A DNA stretch of 64,000 nucleotides from Minisyncoccota bacterium (lineage in GTDB: Bacteria; Patescibacteriota; Minisyncoccia; Phycocordibacterales; UBA9973), in contig JAIPHX010000002.1 of NCBI GenBank assembly GCA_021734995.1, positions 16,189-80,188 of the forward strand, in the 5' to 3' direction. Numbering within the stretch: the stretch's first letter is position 1; each line of letters begins with the position of its first letter. The notes under the pieces were generated by a model. The model had not been told where the DNA came from and did no database searches. It saw nothing but the letters and a program-made list of their open reading frames with translations. The position numbers and the translations under genes were made by a program. Positions 1 through 10,151 of the stretch are shown in pieces.

Positions 1-69
1 TACTTTGGCTCATTAATATTTTTAAATAAAAACAAATTGCTAGCAGACCAACTAGACCAACTATAAATT

Positions 70-666
70 TTACTTATGTTTAAAAAAAGAAAAAACCGCA
101 GGAACAAAAGAAAGGAAAATAATCCCCAAAATAATTGGAAACAAATATTTATCTATATTTGGAATCCATTCCCCCAAAAAATATCCAAGTAAAGTGACTC
201 CCCCTCCCCACACAAGAGCTCCTATTATATTGTATGCACTAAAAGTTTTACGAGGCATATTGCCTACTCCTGCAAGAATGGGTGCAAAAGTGCGAACAAC
301 GGGAATAAATCTAGCTAAAATAATTGTCTTTTTACCATACTGTGCATAAAAATTTTCTGCTTTTTTTATATATTCTTTTTTAAACCAAAACGAATCTTCT
401 TTTTTAAAAATCTTTGGACCAATTTTGTTTCCAAAAGTATAGCCTACCTGATCCCCAATAAAAGCACCCAAAATTGTCAGCGCACAAACCCACCAAATAT
501 TAAAAAATCCTTGCGAAGCAAGTAACCCCACAGTAAAAAGCAAACTATCCCCAGGTAAAAAAAATCCAAAAAACAAACCTGACTCAGCAAATATAATCAG
601 GAACAGACCAATATATCCAGCCGTTTTGGCGAGTTCCATAAGATCAATATGTAATAAAGCTTCCAT
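70..666 (-). CDS. DedA/TVP38 family membrane protein
   Basis: Multi-TM 198-aa protein. Motifs (FAESGLFFGFFLPGDSLLF ... ILARFIPVVRTF) are typical of the DedA/SNARE-associated family. Confidence 0.7.
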   Translation of the reverse strand: MEALLHIDLMELAKTAGYIGLFLIIFAESGLFFGFFLPGDSLLFTVGLLASQGFFNIWWVCALTILGAFIGDQVGYTFGNKIGPKIFKKEDSFWFKKEYIKKAENFYAQYGKKTIILARFIPVVRTFAPILAGVGNMPRKTFSAYNIIGALVWGGGVTLLGYFLGEWIPNIDKYLFPIILGIIFLSFVPAVFSFFKHK

Positions 667-698
667 TTGTATATTATATCATCGCACAAAACACAGAC

Positions 699-1403
699 TT
701 ACTTTTTATAAAAAGGAGCAGATTGAATAGTCTTAATAATCAAATCTTCGTCATCTGTCAGTATTATAAGATCCATATCTTTTGGAGAAATAGTTTTTTC
801 TTCCCCTAGCATTTTTGCTTTAATAAAATCAAAAAGTGGACTCCAGAAATCTACCCCCACAAAAATCATAGGCACAGCAGGTATTTTCCCTGTCTGCATT
901 AAAGTAGTAACTTCAAAAGCTTCGTCTAAAGTACCAAATCCTCCTGGAAAAACAAGAAAAGCGTCAGCGGTAAAGGTCATTGCCACTTTACGAGTAAAAA
1001 AATAATAAAAAGGAATTTCTCTAGTAACAAAAGGATTAGTATGCTGTTCTGATGGGAGCTTAATGGTAAATCCAAAAGAATCTCCTCCTGCATTATGTGC
1101 TCCTTCGTTTGCTCCTTGCATAATACCAGGACCTCCTCCAGTCAATACTGCACACTGTGCTTCTTTTACTATACGGTCAGCAAGTCTTTTTGCTTTTTCA
1201 TAATATGGACTTGAAACATCTGTACGAGCAGAACCAAAAATAGTAACTGCCCTGTCTACATCTTTAATAATATCTAGACCTTGGCGAAATTCTTCTTCCA
1301 TTGCACAGATACGGATTTCATTTTCATCTCCTTCATGAGAATGAATACACCCATCTCTAATTTCTTGAACTGTTAATCTTGGTGATTGATTTGGATTTTG
1401 CAT
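699..1403 (-). CDS. LOG family protein (TIGR00730-like Rossmann fold, putative cytokinin riboside 5'-monophosphate phosphoribohydrolase homolog)
   Basis: Carries LTGGGPGIMQGANEGA and the PGGFGTLDE motif characteristic of LOG/lysine-decarboxylase-like proteins. Confidence 0.75.
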   Translation of the reverse strand: MQNPNQSPRLTVQEIRDGCIHSHEGDENEIRICAMEEEFRQGLDIIKDVDRAVTIFGSARTDVSSPYYEKAKRLADRIVKEAQCAVLTGGGPGIMQGANEGAHNAGGDSFGFTIKLPSEQHTNPFVTREIPFYYFFTRKVAMTFTADAFLVFPGGFGTLDEAFEVTTLMQTGKIPAVPMIFVGVDFWSPLFDFIKAKMLGEEKTISPKDMDLIILTDDEDLIIKTIQSAPFYKK

Positions 1404-1481
1404 AAAGAGATTATATCAAATCCAAAATTAAAATCTACCTACAATAAAATGAATATCTTTCACTGGTTTTACAAAATATAT

Positions 1482-2276
1482 TTACAAAATCATATCAGAA
1501 GAATTAATACTAAACTTTTTTGCAGTATCCCCTCCTTGAGTCACAAACTCTACCAGTCGCATATCATTTATCCCTGAACTACCTGTAATCAAAGCAGACA
1601 CTTGATCAGGCACATCTTTTAATTTTTCAAAGTAAGGAAAATTACCAAACTTTGTAGATATATTTTCTCCTTCTTGTAATTCATTTTTTAATAATGTGGT
1701 CTTACAATTACCAAAATTATCAACATACCACACCACAGAAGGCATATCTGGAAAATCTTTTATATTCATCGCTTCACTTTCTACCACAGTATTTTCTGTG
1801 CCTTTATTTTTCAACAAGTATTCTGCGATTCTCGGTAAAAATTCATAACTTCTAAATTGAGTATGCATAATGTAATTGCCCGTTTCTTTAGAGAGAATCT
1901 TTTCATTTACAAATCTTTCTACCACAGTAGGGATATCTAACACATTTACTTCTTGTATTAAATTTAATTTTTTTACTAAAGATAAAGTATATCCATCAAT
2001 AGAAGATACTACTAAAATATTTTTATACCAAAAATATCCAAAGGGTGTACCATTCGCCCATTTTTTTGCAGTTCCATTTCTAGGCGCAACATTTACCAAA
2101 ATTAAAGCAGGACTATCTTGGTATGCATCCAACACATCAAGGAGATTCCCAGAAGCTTCTATGTCGCTTTGAACTCCAACAAAAGAAATATTCCCCTCTA
2201 TTAAAGAAGAAACTCGAGCGATCTGTCTACCTTTTGCATTATCATCTCTACAATCATTTATTATGGTTATGTTCAT
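1482..2276 (-). CDS. SAM hydroxide adenosyltransferase-like (DUF62) family protein
   Basis: Has a C-terminal VDNFGN motif, a central NVAPRNGT motif (similar to iDPGVGT) and an N-terminal INDCRDDNAKG motif (similar to TDFG..PYVG). All resemble DUF62 proteins. Confidence 0.45.
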   Translation of the reverse strand: MNITIINDCRDDNAKGRQIARVSSLIEGNISFVGVQSDIEASGNLLDVLDAYQDSPALILVNVAPRNGTAKKWANGTPFGYFWYKNILVVSSIDGYTLSLVKKLNLIQEVNVLDIPTVVERFVNEKILSKETGNYIMHTQFRSYEFLPRIAEYLLKNKGTENTVVESEAMNIKDFPDMPSVVWYVDNFGNCKTTLLKNELQEGENISTKFGNFPYFEKLKDVPDQVSALITGSSGINDMRLVEFVTQGGDTAKKFSINSSDMIL

Positions 2277-2368
2277 AAAAATATAATAACATAAAAAATT
2301 TAACTTAAAAAACTTAAATTAATTTTGCACAGGAAATTATTTTTGCCAAATTGAATTGTTACCCACAC

Positions 2369-2397
2369 TTGACTATACCCCCTAGGGGGTATAGTAT
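2369..2397 (+). promoter_or_regulatory. csoR-copA promoter with CsoR-type operator
   Basis: A -35 TTGACT (2369-2374) and a -10 TAGTAT (2392-2397) are separated by 17 bp. The spacer holds a perfect 20-bp palindrome TATACCCCCTAGGGGGTATA (2374-2393), resembling GC-rich CsoR operators. Confidence 0.6.
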
Positions 2398-2403
2398 ATA
2401 AAT

Positions 2404-2667
2404 ATGCATACAAATAAACAAAAACTTACAAGGAGGTTAAAAATCCTTGAGGGTCAAATAAGAGGTATCCAAAAAATGATTGCAGAAGATACTTATTGTA
2501 TCAATATTATTACTCAAACTTCTGCTATCAAACAAGGGTTATCCAACATAGAAGATATTCTTCTGAAGGAGCATCTAGGGCATTGTGTGGTCAATCAAAT
2601 AAAAAGTGGCCAGACAAATAAAGCTACTGAAGAAATTTTAAAAGTTTATCAACTAAAAAGAAAATAA
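2404..2667 (+). CDS. csoR: CsoR/RcnR-family metal-sensing transcriptional repressor
   Basis: 87-aa protein of the DUF156 type. It sits directly upstream of a copper P-type ATPase and overlaps it. Confidence 0.75.
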   Translation: MHTNKQKLTRRLKILEGQIRGIQKMIAEDTYCINIITQTSAIKQGLSNIEDILLKEHLGHCVVNQIKSGQTNKATEEILKVYQLKRK

Positions 2668-2671
2668 AATA

Positions 2672-4963
2672 ATGCAAACAACAAACTACAAAATAAAAGG
2701 AATGCACTGTGCTTCTTGTGCTTCTATTATAGAAAAAACTATCAAGAAAATAGATGGAGTGAACGATATCTCCGTAAACAATGGGACAGAAAAAGCAAAA
2801 ATATCTTTTAATACAGACAAAATAAATCCTGAAATTTTTAATCAAAAACTAGAACCCCTTGGTTATTCCCTACTTATCCCCACAGCAGAAGAAATGAAAA
2901 TGTCTGAAAGTGAACATTCTGAACATTTAGGAATAAATCAATCCAAAAAAGAAAAACTAGCTGAAGTAAATGACATGCGTTCAAAAGTTTTGACTGCAAT
3001 CCCTATTGCCATAATAAGTATTTTTATAATGACTTGGGACATCCTAGCTCAATATAAAATATCCCCAGAAATGAGCTATGTAGTAAAAGAGTTTTTCCAT
3101 CACTTGCTTCCCATATTTGCTACCTATGTTTTGTTTGTTATTGGTAAGCCATATTTACTTGGTTTTTATCGCTTCCTTCGATATGGAAAAGCAAATATGG
3201 ATACTTTGATTGGTATTGGAACATCTGCTGCCTTTTTATATAGCTTTGCAGTATCGGCATTTGAAGAAACCCTTAGACCTTTTATTGATGTCAATCATAC
3301 ATACTATGATGTGACCATTGTCGTCATTACATTTATCGCTCTTGGAAAATATTTAGAAGCTAAATCAAAAATAAAAACAGGAGATGCTATAGAAAAGTTA
3401 CTAAATCTCCAAGCTAAGACTGCTCTGGTCCTTCGTGACGGAAATGAAATTGAAATTTCTATCAATGATGTTGTTCATGGAGATTCCATTTTAGTAAAAC
3501 CTGGATCAAAAATCCCTGTAGATGGTGTCATTACTGATGGTGTATCTTTTGTTGATGAATCAATGGTTACAGGAGAACCAATGCCTGTACAAAAGAAAAT
3601 CGGAGATACTGTAGTAGCAGGAACAATAAACACAAACGGTTCTTTTACTTTTAAAGCGACAAAAATCGGATCCGAAACACTTCTTTCTCAAATTATAAAA
3701 ATGGTAGAGGAGGCTCAAGGAAGTAAAGCTCCTATCCAAGCATTGGCTGATAAAATTTCAAGTATCTTCGTCCCAATTGTGCTTGCTCTATCTTTTGTAA
3801 CTCTTGCGGTGTGGCTTTTTTTTGGTACTGGACCACTGGGATTTTCACAAGCTCTTTCCTTTGGATTGGTTTCTTTTGTAGGAATCTTGGTTATCGCCTG
3901 CCCATGTGCTCTTGGCCTAGCTACTCCGACAGCAATTATTGTTGGGGTTGGGAAAGGAGCAAAAGAAGGAATTTTAATCAAAGATGCTGCTACTTTAGAA
4001 AAACTTCATAAAGCTGATACTGTGATAGTAGATAAGACAGGTACAATTACAATTGGGAAACCAACTCTTGTTGATATCAAAAACCTTTCCAGTATAGAAG
4101 ATGTTCATTTGATAAGCATACTTACAACATTAGAAAAAAAATCAGAACATCCTATAGCTCATGCTATCGTAGCGTATGCAGAAGAAAAAAACATTAAAAC
4201 ATCTGAAGTTACAAATTTTGAAAACATTCAAGGAAAAGGATTGAAAGGAACAATAGATAACACAGAATACTTTGTAGGTAATACAAAACTTATACAAGAT
4301 TTAAATTTATCTTTTGATCACCAACTAATCGAAAAATTTACGGAAGAAGGAAAAACTCCTGTCATTCTTGCTACTAAAGAAAAAGTGCTTGGTTTTGTAA
4401 TGGTGGCTGATGAAATAAAAAAAGAATCTATTCAAGCAGTTACTGACCTGCACAATCTTGGGATTAAAGTTATAATGCTTACAGGAGATAATGAAAAAAC
4501 TGCAAAATACATAGCCTCTCTTGTAGGGATTGATGAAGTGGTGGCTCATGTACTTCCAGAAGACAAGCTCACTAAAATAAAAGAGTTACAATCGGCAGGA
4601 CATATCGTAGCCATGGCAGGAGACGGAGTAAACGATGCTCCTGCATTGGCTCAAGCAGATGTAGGAATCGCAATGGGAACAGGAACAGACGTAGCAATAG
4701 AATCAGCAGGGATAACTCTTCTCCATGGAGATATTTCCAAACTTGTAAAGTCAATTAAATTATCAAAAATGACAATGCGAGGTATCAAACAAAATTTATT
4801 TTGGGCATTTATTTACAATGTTGTAGGAATACCTCTAGCTGCGGGAGTTTTCTATCCAATGTTTGGGTGGCTCTTAAATCCAGTATTTGCAGGTATGGCT
4901 ATGGCTCTATCAAGTGTCTCAGTCGTATCAAATTCATTAAGAATTAAAAGTAAAAAATTATAA
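2672..4963 (+). CDS. copA: Copper-translocating P1B-type ATPase
   Basis: N-terminal HMA domain (GMHCASCAS), a CPC membrane motif, DKTGT phosphorylation site and GDGVNDAP hinge. Confidence 0.9.
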   Translation: MQTTNYKIKGMHCASCASIIEKTIKKIDGVNDISVNNGTEKAKISFNTDKINPEIFNQKLEPLGYSLLIPTAEEMKMSESEHSEHLGINQSKKEKLAEVNDMRSKVLTAIPIAIISIFIMTWDILAQYKISPEMSYVVKEFFHHLLPIFATYVLFVIGKPYLLGFYRFLRYGKANMDTLIGIGTSAAFLYSFAVSAFEETLRPFIDVNHTYYDVTIVVITFIALGKYLEAKSKIKTGDAIEKLLNLQAKTALVLRDGNEIEISINDVVHGDSILVKPGSKIPVDGVITDGVSFVDESMVTGEPMPVQKKIGDTVVAGTINTNGSFTFKATKIGSETLLSQIIKMVEEAQGSKAPIQALADKISSIFVPIVLALSFVTLAVWLFFGTGPLGFSQALSFGLVSFVGILVIACPCALGLATPTAIIVGVGKGAKEGILIKDAATLEKLHKADTVIVDKTGTITIGKPTLVDIKNLSSIEDVHLISILTTLEKKSEHPIAHAIVAYAEEKNIKTSEVTNFENIQGKGLKGTIDNTEYFVGNTKLIQDLNLSFDHQLIEKFTEEGKTPVILATKEKVLGFVMVADEIKKESIQAVTDLHNLGIKVIMLTGDNEKTAKYIASLVGIDEVVAHVLPEDKLTKIKELQSAGHIVAMAGDGVNDAPALAQADVGIAMGTGTDVAIESAGITLLHGDISKLVKSIKLSKMTMRGIKQNLFWAFIYNVVGIPLAAGVFYPMFGWLLNPVFAGMAMALSSVSVVSNSLRIKSKKL

Positions 4964-4965
4964 TT

Positions 4966-5985
4966 ATGAAAAAATATACATTTCATGTTTCTGGTACTCA
5001 TTGTGCTTCGTGTAAGATATTGATAGAAGATACTTTAAATGAAGAGGACTTTATTCATACAGCGACGGTAAATTTAAATAATAAAATAGTAGAAGTTGAG
5101 ATTTTAAATGAGCAAAGTCCTGAAGAAGTTCTCATAATTCTTGCAGAAAAGATTAAAGTAAATGGATATACTCTATCACTAGAGAAAGAACTAAGGGAAA
5201 CTAAAAAAGATGACACTATTTGGAAAGCTATCCCAATCGGTTTAATTTTTCTTCTTCTATTTTTCCTATTACAAAAATCAGGTCTCCTCAACCTTGGGAT
5301 AGGTGGTAAGACCACTCCCCTTACAAGCTTTATCATAGGGTTGATTGCTTCTGTATCAAGCTGTCTAGCTGTAGTGGGTGGATTGGTTTTATCACTCTCA
5401 GCAAAAATATCTGAAGACAAGGTAAACGACAAAAAAACTTTTATTCTTTTCCATATCGGTAGATTGGTCAGCTTTGCTTTGTTGGGTGGAGTTTTGGGAA
5501 TGATAGGTAGTGCTATTGGAATAAGTTTTACCTTTGGATCAATACTAGGAATCATCGCTTCTTTAGTAATGCTAATACTTGGTCTAAATTTAATAGGAAT
5601 ATTTGAAAAAAATAAAATAACATTACCTTCAGGGTTTTTTCAAAAAGTTTTTACCTTCTTTAAAAAAATTGAACACAAGACAATCTCCCCTTTGATTGTA
5701 GGATTTGCAACTTTCTTTTTGCCTTGTGGTTTTACTCAAGCTATGCAAATATCAGCAATCGGAAGTGGCTCGTTTACTTCTGGATTTTTAATCATGTTTG
5801 CTTTTGCTCTTGGAACACTACCAGTCCTTGCTATTTTGTCTTTTGGTTCAGCTTCTTTTGCCCACAGCAAACACGCCCCACTCTTTTTTAAATCTGCAGG
5901 AATTGTAGTTATAGGACTTGGTGTATTCACTTTGCTTGCAGGATTGGTCGGACTTGGTATTATAAATCCATTATTTAATATTTAA
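4966..5985 (+). CDS. HMA-domain fused to DsbD_2/TauE-like multi-TM permease (putative metal transport/detox membrane protein)
   Basis: N-terminal GTHCASCK HMA motif followed by about 8 TM helices with Gly-rich repeats. Located within the cop operon. Confidence 0.45.
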   Translation: MKKYTFHVSGTHCASCKILIEDTLNEEDFIHTATVNLNNKIVEVEILNEQSPEEVLIILAEKIKVNGYTLSLEKELRETKKDDTIWKAIPIGLIFLLLFFLLQKSGLLNLGIGGKTTPLTSFIIGLIASVSSCLAVVGGLVLSLSAKISEDKVNDKKTFILFHIGRLVSFALLGGVLGMIGSAIGISFTFGSILGIIASLVMLILGLNLIGIFEKNKITLPSGFFQKVFTFFKKIEHKTISPLIVGFATFFLPCGFTQAMQISAIGSGSFTSGFLIMFAFALGTLPVLAILSFGSASFAHSKHAPLFFKSAGIVVIGLGVFTLLAGLVGLGIINPLFNI

Positions 5986-5989
5986 TTTT

Positions 5990-6379
5990 ATGAACAAAAA
6001 AGTTTCAATAATTATCACCCTAAGTCTTATCATCGCTATTGGTATTATATTTATTAGTAGTGGTAACACAACAGACAATACTGCCTCTGTTCAAAATACA
6101 GAAATAAAAGATGGTGTCCAATATATAACTATTGACGCACAAGGTGGATACTCCCCCCAAAAAAGTAAAGCTCAAGCTGGCATCCCGACAAAATTAATTG
6201 TAAAAACAAACGGTACTTATGACTGTTCGTTATCTTTAGTTATAAGATCAATCAACTATCAAAAAATTCTTCCACCGACAGGAGAAGAGATAATTGATAT
6301 TGGTATTCCTACAGCAGGAGTTCCATTTAGAGGAGTATGCGGTATGGGAATGTATAATTTTGAAATAGAGTTTAGTTAA
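5990..6379 (+). CDS. Secreted cupredoxin-like (Cupredoxin_1-type) protein
   Basis: Signal/TM N-terminus and a C-terminal GVCGMGMYNFEIEF motif resembling the CGMxM cupredoxin-like domain proteins found next to copper ATPases. Confidence 0.5.
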   Translation: MNKKVSIIITLSLIIAIGIIFISSGNTTDNTASVQNTEIKDGVQYITIDAQGGYSPQKSKAQAGIPTKLIVKTNGTYDCSLSLVIRSINYQKILPPTGEEIIDIGIPTAGVPFRGVCGMGMYNFEIEFS

Positions 6380-6574
6380 TTCACTTTTTACTCCAACAAA
6401 AGAAACACTTCCTTCTGCACGGAAACCGACTCCAACTACTTCAAAGTGTGCTGATTTGCAGGTACATTTTGTATAAGTCCACGCATTTTTGCACTCCTTG
6501 AGTAAATTAATCCAAACAATAATCCTATTCTACATATTCTAGAAAACATACATTAGAAATGCTAAAATAAATAT

Positions 6575-7150
6575 ATGAAAAGAGTAATTATTGTACATCG
6601 ATGGGAGGGAGGATCGCATGATGACTGGTATCCGTGGTTGAAATCAGAATTTGAAAAACTTGGATATGAAGTACAGGTCCCAAATATGCCAGACACTGAA
6701 GTTCCTATTATTAAAAAATGGGTTGATACCCTTACCGAGATAGTCGGAACTCCAGATATAAACACCTATTTCATAGGACACTCAATTGGCTGTCAGGCAA
6801 TTCTTAGATATTTGGAAACTATTAATACTCCAGTCGGAGGTGCTATCTTTGTAGCAGGTTGGTTTAATCTTGAAAATATAGAAGATGAGGAAGCACAAGA
6901 AATCGCACGACCATGGATTGAAATACCAATCAATCTTGTTAAAGTAAAATCTATCCTACCAAAGGCAACACTTATCATTTCAGAAAATGATCCTTATGGC
7001 TGTCTAGAAGAGAACCAACAAAAATTTTCAAAAGTGACTACAAACGAAATAGTGATCTCTAATGCAGGACATTTTACTAGTGAAGATGGTTATATAGAAA
7101 TTCCAGAAGTAATAGATGAACTTGTAAGATTTATGGCTAACCTACCCTAA
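6575..7150 (+). CDS. YdeN/RBBP9-type alpha/beta serine hydrolase
   Basis: 191-aa protein with a GHSIGC nucleophile elbow and an overall profile matching the Ser_hydrolase family. Confidence 0.5.
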   Translation: MKRVIIVHRWEGGSHDDWYPWLKSEFEKLGYEVQVPNMPDTEVPIIKKWVDTLTEIVGTPDINTYFIGHSIGCQAILRYLETINTPVGGAIFVAGWFNLENIEDEEAQEIARPWIEIPINLVKVKSILPKATLIISENDPYGCLEENQQKFSKVTTNEIVISNAGHFTSEDGYIEIPEVIDELVRFMANLP

Positions 7151-7195
7151 TTATTGAGAGCAGTTGAACATTAAAATTCAAAGAAATAAAAAATT

Positions 7196-7723
7196 ATGCG
7201 TAAATTTCTTTATAAACAAAACAATATATTTTGGCTTCCAAAAACAATAAAAGCTGAAGTTGAGACATATTTATCCGATGAGTTACCGACCCTCAAACTA
7301 TGCCCATCGTCTTATGCTCTTGTTTTCAAAAATGGAGCATTGTTACAGACAGATCTCCGTAAAGGTGAGCGTGCCATAAGATCTTTAGATATACCAGGCG
7401 GACACATTGAAAAAGACGAGACTCCTGAACAATCTGCTATCCGAGAAACATTTGAAGAAACAGGTGTTCGTGTAAAGAATCCAAAACTTGTTGCATATAA
7501 AAAAATCACTATATATGGTTCAAAACCTAAAGAATATAAGTATCCATACCCTATCAGCTATATGTTATTTTATCTTTGTGAACTAATAGAGGAAACAAAC
7601 TTTAAAGGAAATCATGACACCTATGGTCGTGTTTGGCTTGAGAGTGGACAATATGAAAAGTCCAAATGGTATTGTGGTGACAAAATCATGGTTGATAAAA
7701 TCATAAAGGAATATAAAATCTAA
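7196..7723 (+). CDS. NUDIX hydrolase
   Basis: Nudix box GGHIEKDETPEQSAIRETFEETGV. Confidence 0.8.
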   Translation: MRKFLYKQNNIFWLPKTIKAEVETYLSDELPTLKLCPSSYALVFKNGALLQTDLRKGERAIRSLDIPGGHIEKDETPEQSAIRETFEETGVRVKNPKLVAYKKITIYGSKPKEYKYPYPISYMLFYLCELIEETNFKGNHDTYGRVWLESGQYEKSKWYCGDKIMVDKIIKEYKI

Positions 7724-7779
7724 TTTTTAATATTTTCAATTAAAATATTAAATCCTTCGTTTGTTGTATAAAAATATAG

Positions 7780-8526
7780 CTACTTTATCTGATAAATGAA
7801 TCCATTCCTACTCCAAAACCAAAGTGGTGAGTGCATATCTATCGGATTAATATCACTGTCTTCTAAAATATCCCTCCATCGTTTCGATATTTCTTCTTTA
7901 GAGATAATTTTTGCTTCTTGCTCAGTGACAATCCCTAGCTTTACAGAGCATTGAGTTATGTGAGTGTCAGGCGCGATCTCAATAAATTGTCGATTAGATA
8001 ATTTGACTCCTCCATAAGTACTCATAATAAATGACCAGTAATTAAAAATTTTTGGCCCCGACAAATATGGAAATCCTTTCTTGTATTTTACATTAATAAT
8101 TTCTTTTAGAATAAGGAAGTCTCCACTGATAAAATCAAAGAATTTTGTAAATGATCCCCAATGATCATTTACGGTTTTGGCGATTACTATCCATGTCCTG
8201 ATATGTTTATTTGGCTGAAGTGCTAATTTATATTTTAGCAAAGCAGTACGCACTTCTAATTCTGATTTTTCGACAACTTTATCAACTTCAAATACGAATT
8301 TTGTTTTTGGGTCATTAAAAGTTTTTAGTGCAGCCTTCCAAAGATTATAACTATCGCGCTGATAATTAAGTGCCATAGGAAGTGTAAAATATGCAATGCG
8401 AAGTTCTGGAGTCATTTTTTCTAATCCTGGATTAGAATCTTCTGGCATTATTGTTTGTCCAAGAAAACCGTTTTTATATGCCTCAAGCAATTGAGAGCAA
8501 GTTTGTATAAAATGTGTTTTATCCAT
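7780..8526 (-). CDS. HhH-GPD superfamily N-glycosylase/DNA lyase-like (Ogg2/AGOG-like)
   Basis: 248-aa protein with an IAPDTHITQCSVKLGI segment matching the pvDtHv.rv..rLG motif of HhH glycosylases. Confidence 0.35.
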   Translation of the reverse strand: MDKTHFIQTCSQLLEAYKNGFLGQTIMPEDSNPGLEKMTPELRIAYFTLPMALNYQRDSYNLWKAALKTFNDPKTKFVFEVDKVVEKSELEVRTALLKYKLALQPNKHIRTWIVIAKTVNDHWGSFTKFFDFISGDFLILKEIINVKYKKGFPYLSGPKIFNYWSFIMSTYGGVKLSNRQFIEIAPDTHITQCSVKLGIVTEQEAKIISKEEISKRWRDILEDSDINPIDMHSPLWFWSRNGFIYQIK

Positions 8527-8903
8527 AATGTAAAATCCTTTAGAGTCTTTCCTATTTTATCATTTTTTAAGAAAATTAATCGACGCATCTCGTGCGCTTA
8601 AGTTACTGCATTATTTGTGTAATCGTCCAGAACAACAAGATAAATCTGAATGAGATCGAGGTCAAAGAAAGAATAAAAACTGAAGTTGAACGGTTCTCTA
8701 AACTGCAAAAATTTCTCCTTGGAACTAAAGAGAAAATTAATATTCCAAGCATCGATATTCGAGGGTATTCGAAGTACGTTTTGAAAGAGGGATCAAACCT
8801 TAAAAAGCGATAAATGCTCGGTTGTTTGAAGAGTAAGATCCTGCTCAGCCAGAAGAAGATTAGTCTAGAGAAATAAACCTGAAAATGTTAAAATGGGTTT
8901 GTT

Positions 8904-9227
8904 ATGAACTCAACTCATGTAAAAATCGTGGTATTCGTCCCAGAAACCCATACAGACATAGTTCGCGAAGCTATGGGTAAGGCTGGTGCAGGAAAGATTG
9001 GCAATTATAACTACTGCTCTTTCTCTTCAAAAGGTATTGGTCGTTTTAAACCTGAAGATGGAGCAAATCCCCACATTGGTGAAGTTGGAAAATTTGAAGA
9101 GGTTGTTGAGGAAAGAATAGAGACTGTCTGTCCAAGAGAAAAACTTCAGGAAGTTATATCTGCTATTAAGGATGTTCACCCTTATGATGAGGTCGCCTTA
9201 GATGTATATCTACTAGAAACTATATGA
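8904..9227 (+). CDS. NIF3 C-terminal-domain-like / PII-CutA-like small protein (COG3323-like)
   Basis: GAGKIGNYNYCSF..GIGRFKPEDGANPHIGE ... VHPYDEVALDVYLLE matches the NIF3/YqfO C-terminal domain consensus. Confidence 0.5.
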   Translation: MNSTHVKIVVFVPETHTDIVREAMGKAGAGKIGNYNYCSFSSKGIGRFKPEDGANPHIGEVGKFEEVVEERIETVCPREKLQEVISAIKDVHPYDEVALDVYLLETI

Positions 9228-9817
9228 TTGAAATTAAAGCACTATTTGGAATACTCTCATCATTCTTTGTTCTCATTGGAGGAATTCCATATCTAAAAGA
9301 TATTCATCAAGGAAAAGCACATCCACACGTGTTAAGTTGGCTTGGCTGGGCATTTATTACCGCACTTGGAGCAAGCGCAATGCTTGCCGAGGGAAGCACT
9401 TGGGCTGTAGCAATTTTGTTTGCAAACACTCTTTTGTGTTTGTTGATTGCTGGATACTCAATAGTTCGAAAAGTAGGTGTTTGGTCTACGGGTATATACG
9501 ATTTTATATTCTTCGGGTTTGGAATTATTGGTCTTGTTCTTTGGCAAGTTCTCAATATGCCAGTTATTGCACTTGTATGTGCAATCATGGCAGATCTTTC
9601 ATTTGGACTACCAACGATTATCAAAACTTATAAAGACCCTTCAACGGAGACTCCTTTTGTCTGGGCAACAGCAACAATATCAGGCTTGTTAAGCTTGTTT
9701 GCTGTTCAAAGCTTTGCCTTTCACGAAGTATCGTATCCTCTCTATCTTTTCATATATGACACTCTAGTATTACTACTTGTATTGAAAATAATTTACCGTC
9801 CAAAGAGCAATATCTAA
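9224..9817 (+). CDS. Hypothetical integral membrane protein
   Basis: Six predicted TM helices. Its start overlaps the upstream gene (ATGA). Confidence 0.4.
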   Translation: MIEIKALFGILSSFFVLIGGIPYLKDIHQGKAHPHVLSWLGWAFITALGASAMLAEGSTWAVAILFANTLLCLLIAGYSIVRKVGVWSTGIYDFIFFGFGIIGLVLWQVLNMPVIALVCAIMADLSFGLPTIIKTYKDPSTETPFVWATATISGLLSLFAVQSFAFHEVSYPLYLFIYDTLVLLLVLKIIYRPKSNI

Positions 9818-9849
9818 TTCCTACTGTGATACTCATAAGTAATTAAACA

Positions 9850-9880
9850 AAAAAGCACCTCTCGGTGCTTTTTTGTTTGG
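9850..9880 (+). terminator. Rho-independent terminator
   Basis: AAAAAGCACCTCTCGGTGCTTTTTTGTTT: a GC hairpin flanked by an A-run and a T-run, so it may be bidirectional. Confidence 0.7.
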
Positions 9881-9890
9881 TTTATTATTG

Positions 9891-10014
9891 AGCCCTTAGC
9901 ATAGGTCCAATACTAAAACATGTTGGCGCCGTCGCGCCTCCGGCTTTCTCATCTCCTATTCTCACGCAATGATGCTCCACTCGGACTGCATTTAGCAGTC
10001 CTCGCGGATCATTG
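9891..10014. other. GC-rich structured element A, abutting the tRNA-Ser 3' end
   Basis: Contains nested inverted repeats CGCAATGAT...ATCATTGCG and GGACTGC-TAAAT-GCAGTCC, plus a GGCGCCGTCGCGCCTCCGGCT core. That core is shared with element B at 25881-25975. It also contains CATCTCC, as at the tmRNA 3' end. Confidence 0.35.
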
Positions 10015-10101
10015 CGGAGACGCAGGGATTCGAACCCTGGAAGGTTTTTAGGCCTTACCTCGTTAGCAGTGAGGCGCTTTCGACCACTCAGCCACGTCTC
10101 C
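10015..10101 (-). tRNA. tRNA-Ser (anticodon GCU)
   Basis: 87-nt cloverleaf with acceptor GGAGACG/CGTCTCC, anticodon loop CUGCUAA, long variable arm AAGG...CCTT and T-arm CAGGG-TTCGAAT-CCCTG. Confidence 0.85.
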
Positions 10102-10151
10102 AAAAAACATTAGAACATTATCACTTTATCATATATTCATTTTTTTTACAC

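Noticed and set aside
3715-4754. Several 60-90-aa antisense or alternative-frame ORFs inside copA. Similar ones lie inside ftsH, recG, the 922-aa ATPase and the S-layer-like gene.
   Set aside because: They are fully nested in well-supported long genes, have biased composition, and none shows a domain signature.
8592-8813. 73-aa ORF in the divergent intergenic region between the glycosylase-like gene and the NIF3-C-like gene
   Set aside because: It has no RBS and no recognisable motif. It is probably promoter or UTR sequence, though a small protein cannot be excluded.
9885-10103. 72-aa minus-strand ORF
   Set aside because: It overlaps tRNA-Ser and GC-rich element A. The coding appearance comes from the GC-rich RNA sequence.
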